From Epithemia pelagica (taxonomy: Eukaryota > Protista > Bacillariophyta), in NCBI GenBank assembly GCA_946965045.2, contig OX337229.1, positions 2,046,001-2,110,000 of the forward strand: a stretch of 64,000 nucleotides of DNA. Reading direction: 5' to 3'. Positions 19,901 to 32,600 of the stretch are shown piece after piece (the first letter of the stretch is position 1; the number at the start of each line of letters is the position of its first letter). Made by a program: the position numbers and the translations under genes. Below the pieces are notes generated by a model that was given only the letters and a program-made list of their open reading frames with translations, ran no database searches and was not told the DNA's origin.

Positions 19901-22900
19901 CAAAAGGTTGAGGTGTCGTTGGGTGGTTGTAAGTCAAAGTCGAACCGGTGAACGTTGTTTGGCCAATGGGGCACTGTGTCATTTGTATTGTTTGGGTTGG
20001 TTTGGCGTTGTCTGTTATTGTTTGGGTTAGATCGGCAACGGGAGCGACGGATTGTCGAAGGACGGCGATGAGTGGGACGGCGACGACGACGAGAACGACG
20101 GTGACGATGTCGTGATCCAAATCGAGTGGGGCGAGACGGATGGGTTGTGTCTCCCTCGATCACGGCATTGGCGACGGACGTGAGGCGGCAGAGAAGAGAG
20201 AAGAGCGACGAAGTGACAAGGCGGAGACACCAAACAATCCAACGACGAGAGAAGAACATGAAGAAACCATCAGTCAACACATCTGAAATGGGAGTAGCCA
20301 AATGGGGAAGCACAGCTGGAGCTTGGAGAGCGAGACGGCAGCGGTCGGCACGAAGCCGAAGGGGTAAGGACCGAGGAAATGGGCGACCACTTGGAGAGCG
20401 GCGATGAAAATAGTGGGCGGGACGACGCGACGGATGGTAGGCGGCGAAGGAGCGGACATTTCGATCCAAGCGCGAGTTGCCAAAGGACGACGCAACGTTC
20501 TCCAACTTGGGACATAGGACACCAACAATCAAACCGCAAATAAGCCAAGAGACAAAACAAGGGACCACCATAAGGAAACTCATCATCGTTGAAGGAAACA
20601 GCCAAAGGGAGAGAAGTGTCCACAAGAGGATACCAATACTCATTGAAATAAAAGATCGTGAAGGTGTCGACGGGTCGACAGAACTGTGACACGAAGAGTA
20701 GCCACGCGTTGTGCGACCACGAGAGGCGCGAGAACGACGTGAGACACGAGGGACTCTGGTTGGGCCTGTATGACGTGGCGATGCGACATTGACTTGGGGC
20801 AGCGCGGAGAAACGAGCAGTTGAGAAAGATTGCGCAAAAGATTTCTTTGGGGTAGGTGTCACAATCACAGGTGGGGAATCTTTGTCGTCAGGAGTGACAA
20901 CGGCGGGTGGACGCTTCGCAACTGGGTGATTCTTCTGTTTGCCACTCACAAAGTGATGCTTGGTGAATGTGGATTTCAATTTTGGAGACTTCTTGGGCGA
21001 GAAGGTATTACTCTTGTTTTTCTTGGTAGAACGGAGGACGAAGAGACTGGGAGGCAACGGACGGCGGCGCTTCTTGTCGGGTTGAGAAGCGGATTCGAGA
21101 AGACTATCGTCCTTGGTGGTGTCGACGGTGAACGGAGTGACGGCCATTCGCAAGGCATGGTTATCAAACTGTGCGACGGAACCGGAAGAAGGAGGCGTGT
21201 CGTCGTCATCATGGTGGACAGTGACGACGGAGACAGGCGGTTTCTTCTTTGCGGCTGGCTTGCGGTCGTCATCGGTTGACGGTGCCGGACCATCTTCCAC
21301 CGAAAAATGCAGCATGGCAAAGGAGTTGCTGACTGGAACTGGAGTGGTGGAAGGAGGAGGACGACGGGTCGATCCATTGGTCACCGATGTCCAACCTTCC
21401 CATGCTTCCATATCACAATCAACCATCCAGACCGACGGATCAGTCATCAGGTTCTTGGCTTGATGGTTGGTTGGAGGAGATGGAGCGGAGCCATTGGTGG
21501 AACCGCGGTGGGAGCTGGTGGAGTGCGTGGTGTTCCAACAGGGTGGAGAACACTTTGCGCACCAGTAGAACGTGCGACCGTTGTGGTCCTTGGTTTCAGA
21601 AGAGCCGGAAGGAGGAGGAACCAAACGCCAAGGGGCCAATTCGCGACGGTTGCGGGTGGAAGGGCCAGATCCTCTCCCTCCACCACCACGACCACCATAT
21701 CGACCACCACGGCCCCCACCAGAGGGACGACGGGACGGAGAACGACGACGGAAGGGACGACGGGAACCAGCGTGGCCATCAGAACGACCACGGTTGGTGG
21801 GACAATCACGAGCCCAGTGGCCGGGCTTCCCACACTTGAAACAAACGCCGGACGGTTTGGACTTGCCGCCAGAGTCCTTGGAGAAGGTCTGAACCAGAGC
21901 GTTGAGCTGGGCCGACGAGTAGTATCCAGCGGGCGGAGCCTTCGAGTCTTTATTGTGGCGGGACGGGGGCCAAACACCATCTCCAATGGCCTCACGGTAT
22001 TTGTCTTCAGCCAACTGACAAATGGAGCGGAAATCGAGGCGCTTGGAGGCAAGGAAGACGCCGGCTGCAGTTTTGTCGGACATAAAGCGCTCTTCTTTCA
22101 ACGCAGCGGTCAACTCCGACTGGAGTTTCATCAACTCAAACTTGTAGGCATCATTGCCATCGGCAGCAAGAAACGACTTGAGGATGAGAGAGTTCAACTG
22201 GTGGTTGAACAATCCAGCGGTGTGCAGAGCCGAGGCGCGAGTGGTAATGGCCAAGGCCATCTCCGCAATATTCTGACCAGAAAACTGCTGAGGGGTCAAG
22301 GTCTTGAGTTCTGCTTCGAGTCGAGCGAACTTCCCCATGGAATCGCTCTGGATGATCTGGATGAGCATCATCCACAAGATGGGAAAGAGAGGCTCATCGG
22401 GCATGCGCTCTTCAAGTTCTTGACGGAGAGGGGCATCCAAACTGTCCAAGAGTGCGAGACGAGCGGCGCGGTCATTCGACTTGTCGTACTGGTCGTAGGA
22501 AACGGCTTGCTTGGGACCCAATGTCTTGGCGGCGTCAACGGTGAAACGAGTGTGATGGGTGAGAATGCACACCATGGAAGTGTCATCACCTGGGTCTTGG
22601 AGATACGTGATCGTGTCCATGCCGTGAATCACGAAACGATCCAACAAGTTACGGGAGAAGAGATGCAAGCTGTCGGACTTTGAAAACTTGGTCTCAAACC
22701 CAGTGCAGCGAGTCGTGAAGCCTTTATCTTCATAAGATGGACGCTGTTGGGAAGTTTGTTCATATCCCTTGGTGGGATCGGTCGTGTCACCGTTGACGAG
22801 CTTGGTCCATGTTGCATCGGGCTTTCCGCCTGTCCAGGCGGTAAACAGGTCGTGCTTGACTTGAACGAGACCACCCATTCGGGGTGGAGTAGGCTTGAAT

Positions 22901-22917
22901 GGCGTGTACTCGGACAT
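16914..22917 (-). CDS. 5' part of outer Gag-Pol (Gag, long insert, protease, integrase, RT through YVDD)
   Basis: CCHC knuckle CFKCGKPGHWARDC (21802-21843), IVWDSGAS, WHNRLGHP/CAACQFGK, D..D(35)E integrase, LYVDD. Joined with 8158-9116 gives 6963 nt = 2320 aa + stop. Confidence 0.96.
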
Positions 22918-23343
22918 CTTCTTGGTTGTTTTCTTCTTCTTGGCAGAGTCGTCGTTTGGAGGATTCGGAGGTTGGTTGGTTCCTTGGTTGGTAGACTGGT
23001 CGGTGGGACGTGTCGGATCGGTTGGAGGCTCACTCGGAGGATCAGTTGGATCACTGTCGGTAGGACCTTGAGTAGTATCTAACGATATAGATAATCCAGT
23101 TGGACGAGAAGTCGAGTCGGTAGGAGGCTCGGTGGGAACGTGAGACGGTTCAGTTGGAGCAGAAGGGTCGGACGGACTTGGTAGATCAGTGGGACCTTCG
23201 TTGGGGTCGGCTGGATCTTGGTCGGTACCCCACAGATCAAGAAAGCTGAAGGCACTTCCAGAACTGGTGGGAGAGATATCTTCGATGGTGGAAACGTTTC
23301 ACTCAAACAGGCAGAGAGGCGTCGGCTTGGCTAGGCACTAACT

Positions 23344-23356
23344 TGGGCTCAGAACC
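23344..23356 (-). other. Primer-binding site of outer copia, complementary to the anticodon half of initiator tRNA-Met (one mismatch)
   Basis: Minus strand GGTTCTGAGCCCA directly after the LTR; complement UGGG-CU-CAG-AA-CC has the GGG 29-31 initiator hallmark. Drosophila copia uses GGTTATGGGCCCAG in the same register. Confidence 0.75.
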
Positions 23357-23744
23357 AGCGAAGGAATACTTAGACAGCGGTATCACTTACAGTAGGACTA
23401 GCTTGGACTCTCGAGGTGATCAAGCTCTTGAGGGCAAGCCAGTAGGACGGATCTAGATCAGTTGTAACTCAATAGGACAATTTCTAAGATTGTGAGCATT
23501 AAACTAAATTGATCTGTCGACATGATCTTGTGAATTTCCAATTTGGAAATTCACACACATGGTTAGTACATGTAGCACATGAGAATCACATGACAAGCAC
23601 ATGAGTAGCACATAGTCTAGCCGACTGCCAAATTTGCTACCACATAATGTGCTTGTGACTGAACGTTCAACCCACATAATGTGTTCCACATTATGTGTTA
23701 CACATGCACATTGTGACCGGTTAGATTCACAAGATTCCTCAACT
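23357..23744 (-). repeat. 5' LTR of outer copia
   Basis: 388-bp copy of 7750-8137. Confidence 0.95.
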
Positions 23745-23915
23745 TAAGGCTTTGAGGCAGTCATCATCACCAAACCAAATTTTTCAAGCGGCCAATGACC
23801 TCATTTATCCATAGTCTTGAAAAACTGCTTCATCCTCCTTTGCAGCAGGACAGTCCAGCCTTTGAGCGCGACATCTATGGACCGTTTGAGACCTAACCCA
23901 CTCGTCAAAGATGCT

Positions 23916-26066
23916 CTATCGACTGCTTTGTCCCGTCAATTGGACATGAACCATTGCTTGAATATGCCGTTCATCTCGAGCTACGTTAAAGAAAATGAGC
24001 AGGTTGAGAATCCCGCAGAGAGCCCAGCCCCAAACACCCACATTGAAGGCTGGTTGTCTGCCACCCAGAAGTCGAATCAATCCAGACACAAAGGCCGGGC
24101 CCAGACCTGTTGTTTCATTCAAACAAAGCATAAATTCGAATGTTAGTACTGTGATTCAGACGTTGGTTAAGAAACAAAAGAGGCTGCCTACCTCGTCCAA
24201 AGTCATCAAACGTATTAAAGAGAGCAAAAGCTTGTCCTCGAGCTTGTGGAAGGGTCACGTTTTGCAGTGTGGCCCGGACAATAGGGCCTGTGGCACCGGC
24301 AAGGAATCCCAGTAAAATGGCACCCGCGTAGGCCACAAATATGGAACTGCGACTGTCCGACTTGAAATCCATGTTTAAATTGATCAAAAACCAAAAGGGC
24401 AAGCAACCCGCCATGGCCGTACCACCCGCCAATATGGCTGGCCATCGAATGTCTTTCGTATAGAGATAGCTCCCGCCTGCACCTCCCAGCATTAAACCAA
24501 AGAAATTGCCCAATCCAAAGACCATAGCGACCGTAGTAGCAGCCTGGAGAATGCAACCAATGATTGTGCAAAAGAGAGCAGAAACAAAAGCAAGGTGAGC
24601 GCAAGAATATAGAAGACACTTGACCTGTTTTGTAAGAGGCTCCGACCAACGCTTACCTCTATGGTCATGCCTTTTTCCTCAGACAGAAAGTCATTCAAGT
24701 ATGTATTGATAATGCCCCATGGAACACAGCCCGGTGCACCTTGTAAAAGGCACAGAACAACAGTTGGTGTGGCCAAGAGGGTCCGAAAGGTGAGCCAGTA
24801 ATCATGACGATTGGTAGCCAATCTATTAGAACCATTGTGCGGTGCTTCGTCTCCATCGCTGCCCGTATGATGATAATAGACATGACCATGTGGTTGGTCG
24901 TCCTTAGTATCAGTATACTCGCGGCGTTCAAGTTTGTCGCTATAATGGTTGGACATGGAGGATATACGTGCCATTTCGACACCGTCCTCGGCATTGTATT
25001 CTTCTTCGTCATCGTCCTCTGTCCGTACAGTAGTTTCTTCGTCTACAAAGGGCGAGTCTTCGTTGTGGTCTGCTTCGTGCAGTGTTTGACGCCTTCCATT
25101 GTGTCGTCGTTGTGGTTGTTGCAAGGAGAGAGCCGCCTCTTCCATTTGTCCTCGTGGTGGATCCTTGACGGTCCAAAGGACCAGCAGTGCACAGACCAAG
25201 GCCGGTACACTAATCAAGGCAAACGGCAATCTCCATCCATAGGTTGGTCCGACAAAGCCAGCTACTGCTTGTCCGAGCATGATTCCTACTCCAGTTCCCA
25301 TTCCAACGACGGCTCCCACCAAATGTCGGTGTCGCGCGACAAACAAATCGCCCAAAATGGAATAAATCAGGGGCAAGGCTCCTCCGAGAGCCAAACCCGT
25401 AACGGCTCGAGATACAAACAATTGGGGATAGGTTTGACAAAAAGCGGTCGCCAAACAGGCTCCTTCTCCCAAGCCAACCGTGAGGGCAAAGAGAATGGAT
25501 CGATTCCAGGCATCGCCCAAACATCCAATGATATAGGAAGCGGGAGCCCCCAAACAGAAAAAGGCAAACGCAATTTCTCCACCCAATTTGGCATCACGTT
25601 CATTGTCGGAAAAACCAAATTCATGGGCAATCGCGGTAAGATTTGGGGACATGAGATTTTGATCCGCAAACAGGAGAATGGTCGTAATCGAAAAGAGGGA
25701 GACGGACCATACATTCGCCGCAGTGAGGGGTGATTGTGAGGGAGAAGTGAGACTGGAAAAGGACAAGGAGGACGACGACGACGACGACGATCTGGTATTG
25801 CGATGATTGTCGGGCCACGTCCAAGAGGAATCTATAGGACCATCTTCTTGTACTTGTGGACTGTGATTTTCGTCAAGGCCGAGCAATTCCCCACCTTGTG
25901 GTGATGGTAGTTCCTTTGTCATGGAGGGAACACGTCGATACGATTTCGTCTTTTTATTCTTGTTCTTGATGGTGGCAGTGGTGATGGTGGAGGTATCCTC
26001 GTCTTCTCGAGAGGAAGACCGTCGTTGAATCAAGTTGGAAGAAGAGAAAAGATGGGTCTGGATCAT
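23916..26066 (-). CDS. Major facilitator superfamily transporter (spinster-like), 3 exons: 26066-24657, 24543-24192, 24106-23916
   Basis: ILLFADQNLMSPNL, GCLGDAWNR, SRAVTGLALGG, GWRLPF motifs; GT-AG introns 24544-24656 and 24107-24191 keep the frame (..TIE|AATTVAM.., ..FGR G|GLGPAF..). Confidence 0.9.
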
Positions 26067-26663
26067 TCGTCCTGTGGATCGAGTGTATGGATTCTCTCGT
26101 TGCTGCTCTGGTTTATCTTCTTGCCGTCATGCCCTGGATAATCATTCGTGTCTATATGAGAGAAACAAACAAACTGGAAGCAGGCCTCTGGTAACACAAT
26201 GCTTTTGGTTGTTTCGCTTTCGCTCCCTCTCTTTTGTCCTTGTCTCCTCGAGAGATCGTTTCAAAAAAGTGTGATAGTCTATTTCAGCTGCCGTGGCAGT
26301 CCCGCAGGACATACTCGACCGACTGCCCGTAGAAAGGAGAGTCACATCAGTCGCTGCTTTATAGCTCTTATGTAAAGTTTTAATCGCGGTTTGGGATCGT
26401 CCCTTGTCCGTCCTCATATACTCCCTAGCACCTTTATAATTTACTCCTTTAATAAGAGTTGTAAAATGTCTTTGAGTTACCTCTAGGTACTGCTAAGAGG
26501 TAATAGTCAACGTTCGACAAGCACCAACGAATTCTTTTAGGTTTGGAGGGAAACATCAAATCCATGAGACAACAGATTCTTCTTCTAAAGTGGATTGATT
26601 GTGTTTGTTTCCAATTGCTTGTTGTGATTGGGTGCTTTGGACGCCAACCATCCTACTCCCATC

Positions 26664-29600
26664 ATGGCGGTGGAACCAAATTCGGGCAGCGCCATGGCAA
26701 TCATCGATACAGAGGAAAACCAAGAATATAGTGAGGAAGAAGAAAAACGCATGATTCAGGAATACTTGATGCGAATCCACGCTGCCTTGCAAGAATTTTG
26801 TTCAAGCTATACAGCTACCAGTCATCTTGGTAGAAGTTGGAAAGTTGAGGGCACCGACAAAATGGATGTTGAAATGAGCCTTAACGAAGACAACGATAAT
26901 CACGAGGTGGTTGTGGAATCGGAGAGTGTTGTGACACCCACACGTCTGGCGCAATTGCTCCTGGAAGCATGTGACTTGTCTGGTTTGGCACAGCCGGTGC
27001 AAGACTCGACCTTGCCTGACATTCCTCCTATTCAACGAGATTGCGATTTACCACCCGACCAAGATGATCCTCTCGATGTTCCCTATCAACGAAGGCGTGT
27101 CGATTATCTTCGCGATATTCTCCGAGCCATGGCACCCCTTCAGCTCGATGTAGCAGCACAGGTTTGTACTCTGTTTGAAGACCAATTGGAAAAGGGACTT
27201 GTGGACGAAACGGAGTCCAAGGGCACGACCAACACTCTGAAGGGATTGTGCAGATCAACCTGGCTCTTGTTTTCGGTATGGTTGCCCGTAGCTCCTCAAG
27301 TGGCACCCTTGGCCAGTCATTTGTTTCACTTGTCAGCCTTCGGTTGTCCCTTGAACCCAGAACCGCAAGATCCCTTGGAACGATTCACCTTGATGGAGGC
27401 AACGCATCAAATTTGTCAGTTTGTCATGACGGTTCGACTCGACTATCGAGAATTGATCACCTGGTGGAATTGGAGTCCAGTCTTTGATTGGTTGCTCCAA
27501 GATTACAAGGAAAAGAAGGTCGATCGAATGGATCAAGACGAACCAGAACCATACGAGTATAATCCCAATTTTACCTGGCAGGAAGCCACCTTGTGGCACA
27601 CGGTACGCACCCTTGCCTACGTGTTGAACTTGACTCCTGCCGCCAAGGCCGAGTATATTCAAGAACATTTCGAAGCCATCCAGTATGCGGAACGTGTGCC
27701 TTGGGCCATGCACCCATGGACGGTCAATCGAGAAGAAACTCGGACCCAGCAATTGGCCCTACAGGGTCGAGCCACCATTCCATGGGCCAAGCGACCCCAC
27801 AACCCATCCCTTGCTGGTGGTGAAGAGAAGAATGACGAGGACAACGACCATGTATTTGATCGCCCCGATGCCGCCCAAATACGCCAGATGTGGCCTCTCC
27901 GTCATCCCTATTTGGTAGAGTGTGGTGGACAAGGACGCGTCTTGGTGCGTTATCATTTGGACCGTATCCGAGCAGCCACCACCACCGCCTCCAATCAAGG
28001 TCGATTGGTACACACCCCTACCACCTGTCAGAATCTCAATGAGATAGCCCGTGCCTTGTGTATAGACCCTTATCCACCACCCATTTTGGTTTGTGGAAAA
28101 CCGGGTGCGGGTAAGTCTAGTCTGGTCCGCGAGTTGGCCCGAATGATAGCAGGGGGTGGCCCTGAGAGCCGACACGATGATTATTTGTTGGAACTTCATG
28201 TCGATGATGAAACGGATACCAAAACGTTGGTGGGATGTTGTACCACAACGGACATTCCGGGGGAGTTTGTGTGGCGGCCGGGTGCCTTGACTGTGGCGGT
28301 ACGAGAGGGCAAGTGGGTCTTAATGGAAGATTTGGATACGGTTCCCTTGGACGTCCAAGCGTCGCTGGTTCGACTACTCAAAGACCGTGTTTTGCCACTG
28401 GGCAATGGCAAGGTGGAACCTTGTCATGCCAATTTTCGCATGTTTGCCACGACCACGACTGATAGTAGTGCTGGTGGAACGGTACGCCGACAAGGTCGAA
28501 ACAAGGTGTTTGAAGAACACCTGTGGATCAAAGTAGAAGCCAAGCCTCTTCCCATGGTCGAACTCAAAGATATTGCAATACAGACACAGCCGAGCTTGCC
28601 CGAGTTTGTTGTGGAGGCAGTACTCGGTATTTTTGAAGCACTGGACCAAAGTGGCAGAGATGCCATGGACGACGGCGCCGACGATGACAAGGCTAAACCC
28701 AACAGCAACAATATTCAGAGCGAGAACAAACATATGATGGACCAACTGTCGTCGACGGTGCGTCACGTTCGTCCCCCATCGGTGCGTGATTTGTTCAAGG
28801 TCATGGCACGGATTGCCCATTCGGTCGTTTGGGAAAAGTCCTCGGGAGTTTTGTATTCTACAGAACAGCAGCGACTGACGTGTTTGGCCGAAACGTTTGA
28901 TGCATTTGCCGCTGCATGTCCAGATCCGGAAACAAGACGAGAATTTGTTCGATGGATTGCCGCTCCAAAATGGAACCTGACAGCCGACCTGGCGCTGCGA
29001 TTTCTGCAATCCCGATCTCCCGATATGCAACAACACGAGGGAATGATTCAAATTGGACGAGTGGGCCTGAGTACTGCTGTCAAATCAATGGAAACGGAAT
29101 CTGGTAACTATACCTGCACCGGATACACTCTTCGGATGATGGAGTCGATTGGAGTTTGTATCCGTGAGAATGAACCAGTCCTGTTGGTTGGTGAGACTGG
29201 TGGAGGCAAAACTTCTATTTTGCAGCAGTTGGCCCGTGTGTGTGGCCACGCTCTGGTTGTACAAAACCTGTCCTTGCAGACAGACTCAACAGATTTGCTA
29301 GGAGGATTCCAACCTCTCGAGATTCGGCAGGTAGCTCACGGAATCTATCACAAGTTTGTGGATCTGTTCACTTCCTCCTTTTCTCGGAAGCAGAATGAAG
29401 CGTTTCTGAATTTTACATCGTCTTGTTTAAAAAAGAAACAATGGGCGAAACTCGCCGACTGCTTCCAACGAGCTGCCAAAATGGGCCTGGATAAGATGAA
29501 GGCGCGACTCAAAGTGGATTCAGGGCAACAAAATTCGGTCGAAAAATGGGTTGACTTTCTCGGTCATGCAGATCGTTTCCAACAGCAACAACGTGCATGT

Positions 29601-32600
29601 GAAACAGGCTTGGCGTTTGCGTTCCGCGAGGGGATCCTTGTTGAGGCTCTTAAGGAAGGTCATTGGATTCTACTGGACGAAATCAATCTCGCATCGTCGG
29701 AGACGCTCCAGCGACTTTGTGGGCTTTTAGATGACTCGACAAGCAGTCTGACTCTCACCGAACGGGGAGACTCAACCGCTGTTCAGCGACATCCTAATTT
29801 TCGGCTGTTTGCAGCCATGAATCCAGCCACAGATGCAGGTAAGAAGGACTTGCCTCCCAGCATAAGAGCTCGTTTCACCGAGTTGCATGTAGATGAGATT
29901 CTGGAACCTTTGGAACTTCGCTTGATAAGTGGTCGGTATATCGGCAGTTGTCTTGCCGCAAGTGGAACGGCTCCGGAAAACACTGAAGTGGTTGCCAATG
30001 TTGTTAACTTGTACCTGGAATCGCGCAGTCTGGCCGAAGGTGTTCTTGTCGACGGAGCTGGTCACAAGCCTCGGTATAGTCTACGGTCGTTCACACGTGC
30101 ACTAACGGCCGCCAAAACCTTCGTCAGTGGACAAAAGCTAAGCCTACAGAGAGCCTTACTTGAAGGATTCGATTTGACCTTTCAAGGATCTCTCGACGCA
30201 CCGTCCACTAAGGAGCTTGGAACAGTCCTCGAGAAGTACGTTGGATGTGGTCTTCCAACCAAAGAACGCGACCATCCCGGGCGAAACCCTGGTGGGCGAG
30301 GAAGGACGGACGAATATGTTTTGGTATCGCCGTTTTGGATAGAAAAAGGACCACAACCGTGTATTGATTGGTCAAAACCAGCCGAGAATGCGTTACCTCA
30401 GTTTATTCTAACCCCTACGACAAAAAAGAACCTTCGGCGGTTGGGCAGAGCAATTGCGGCCGGGCCGTGGCCAATCCTTTTGGAAGGACCAACTAGTGCC
30501 GGTAAAACTAGTCTTGTGGAGTATTGTGCGGCAGTATGTGGGCATAAAGTGGTTCGCATAAATAACCATGAACACACAGACATTCAAGAGTATACGGGTG
30601 GTTTTGCACCTGATGAGAACGGCAACTTGGGATACAAGGATGGACTGTTAGTGCGCGCTCTGAGAAGCGGGCACTGGGTCATTTTGGATGAATTGAATCT
30701 TGCCCCAACAGAGGTTCTGGAAGCTCTTAATCGACTTTTAGACGACAACCGGGAGCTTTGCATTGCCGAGACAAACGAAGTAATAAGGCCACATCCGGCA
30801 TTTCGTTTGTTTGCCACGCAGAATCCAAGTGGGGCGTACGGAGGCCGAAAACCTCTATCGCGTGCTTTCCGAAACAGATTTCTCGAAATATATGTTGGTG
30901 ATATTCCACCCTCTGAGTTGGTAACTATTCTTGAGATGAGGGCAGGCATCGCTCCTTCATACGCAAAGATATTGGTTTCTGTCATGAAGTCATTTCGGCA
31001 GCATCGAAGTGCCACGAGCGTTTTTCTTGGCAAGGACGGAATCATGACGGCCCGGGATCTGCTCAGATGGGCCCACAGAGGAGCATCGTCAAAACTGGAA
31101 CTCGCGCGGGAAGGCTATATGCTGTTGGCTGAACGTCTTCGAATGAATGAAGAGAAAGCGCATGTACAGAGAGAGATTGAAAAACAGTTCAAAGTTCAGG
31201 TTAAACCTGACCTTCTCTACTATGATACTTCGTCAGAGGCTAGGAAGATGATTTCGAATTCCGCGAAAACAACGCATGGTTTGAAGATTGCACCAACCAA
31301 GTCAATGTTGCGCTTGATGACCCTGATTCTGCGTTGTATGAACCGCCATGAACCTATCTTGCTTGTTGGGGGTAAGTCTTTCATAACACTTCCTGTTCAA
31401 GATTTCTACCGATATTCTAACCAACTGCATCTTAGACACTGGCTGCGGAAAGACAACTGTGGTGCAATTGATCGCTGAAATACAGCGCTCGCGTCTCCGA
31501 GTTGTCAACTGCCATGCTACAACAGAGACGTCAGATTTGATCGGTGGGATGCGTCCAGTTCGAGGTCGCAGCGAACTATCGCAGCACATGCTGCGCGTCC
31601 TGCGGAATCTGATAGCCAATGTTAGTGACTCTACCCACATAGAGACATGTAACATCCCAGAGTTTGTTTCCGCCGTGACTACGGAATCAAAAGATTTGAC
31701 AGACGACGATGTCTCGGCAATGGTTGACACTGCTCGCGCCCTCAAAAAGTCTATCTGTGGTGCTGCACAATTTGCAAACCCCGACAAGAAACGCCAGAAG
31801 CTTGAGGCGAACACCCGAGGTCGTGGACATACCACAGATGCATCAAATAAAGAAGTCGCATTTGTGGAAGAATGTACGCAAAAAATTGAAAGGCTATTTA
31901 CCAATTATCGTGCTCTATTTGAATGGTCTGATGGGCCTCTTGTCCAGGCGATGAAGAAAGGGGATATGATTCTTCTGGACGAGATCAGTCTAGCCGAAGA
32001 TGCAGTTCTGGAGCGTCTGAATTCTGTTCTTGAGCCGGGGCGGACATTGGTATTAGCAGAGAGAGGCGTCACAGAAGATGACGACGAAACGAACATCGTT
32101 GCACGGGATGGTTTTCAGATTTTTGCCACCATGAACCCAGGTGGTGATTTTGGAAAGAGAGAACTCAGTCCGGCTCTCCGAAGCCGTTTTACAGAGATTT
32201 GGGTCCCTCCTGTGACCGACATGTCTGATATTGAATTGGTTCTAACGCAGAGTCTTGAGAAAGTTGAATTCGGTAGCCTCAATGCATCCGAAGTAGTCAA
32301 CATCATTCTTGGATATGTCGACTGGTTTAACAATGAGATATGCGGCGACACCGCAAAAGGTTTCTCCGAGATGTCTTTGTCTCTACGTGACATCAAAACA
32401 TGGGCTGACTTCATCGAAGCATCGGCTCCATTCGATCATGAGACCAGTGTTTCATATGTACTTTACCAAGGAGCATGCTTGATGCACCTGGATGGTCTGG
32501 GTCTGGGAACGGCTTTGTCACAGTCCGACTCAGAGAGTGTTAAGAAGGAGGCTGAGGCTTTCCTGCGATCTCGGTTAGGACAAGAAAACAACAACTTCCT

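Larger units (their letters stand above)
7750..23744 (-). mobile_element. Outer Ty1/copia LTR retrotransposon, interrupted by a nested element
   Basis: 388-bp direct repeats at 7750-8137 and 23357-23744, TSD TAAGG (7745-7749, 23745-23749), order Gag-PR-IN-RT-RNaseH on minus, PBS and PPT adjacent to the LTRs. Confidence 0.97.

Noticed and set aside
21307-22683. 458-aa antisense ORF over gag (also 17755-18519, 22747-23082)
   Set aside because: In exact codon register with the sense ORF, explained by avoidance of TTA/CTA/TCA; no recognisable motifs. Antisense Ribo-seq signal would reopen it.
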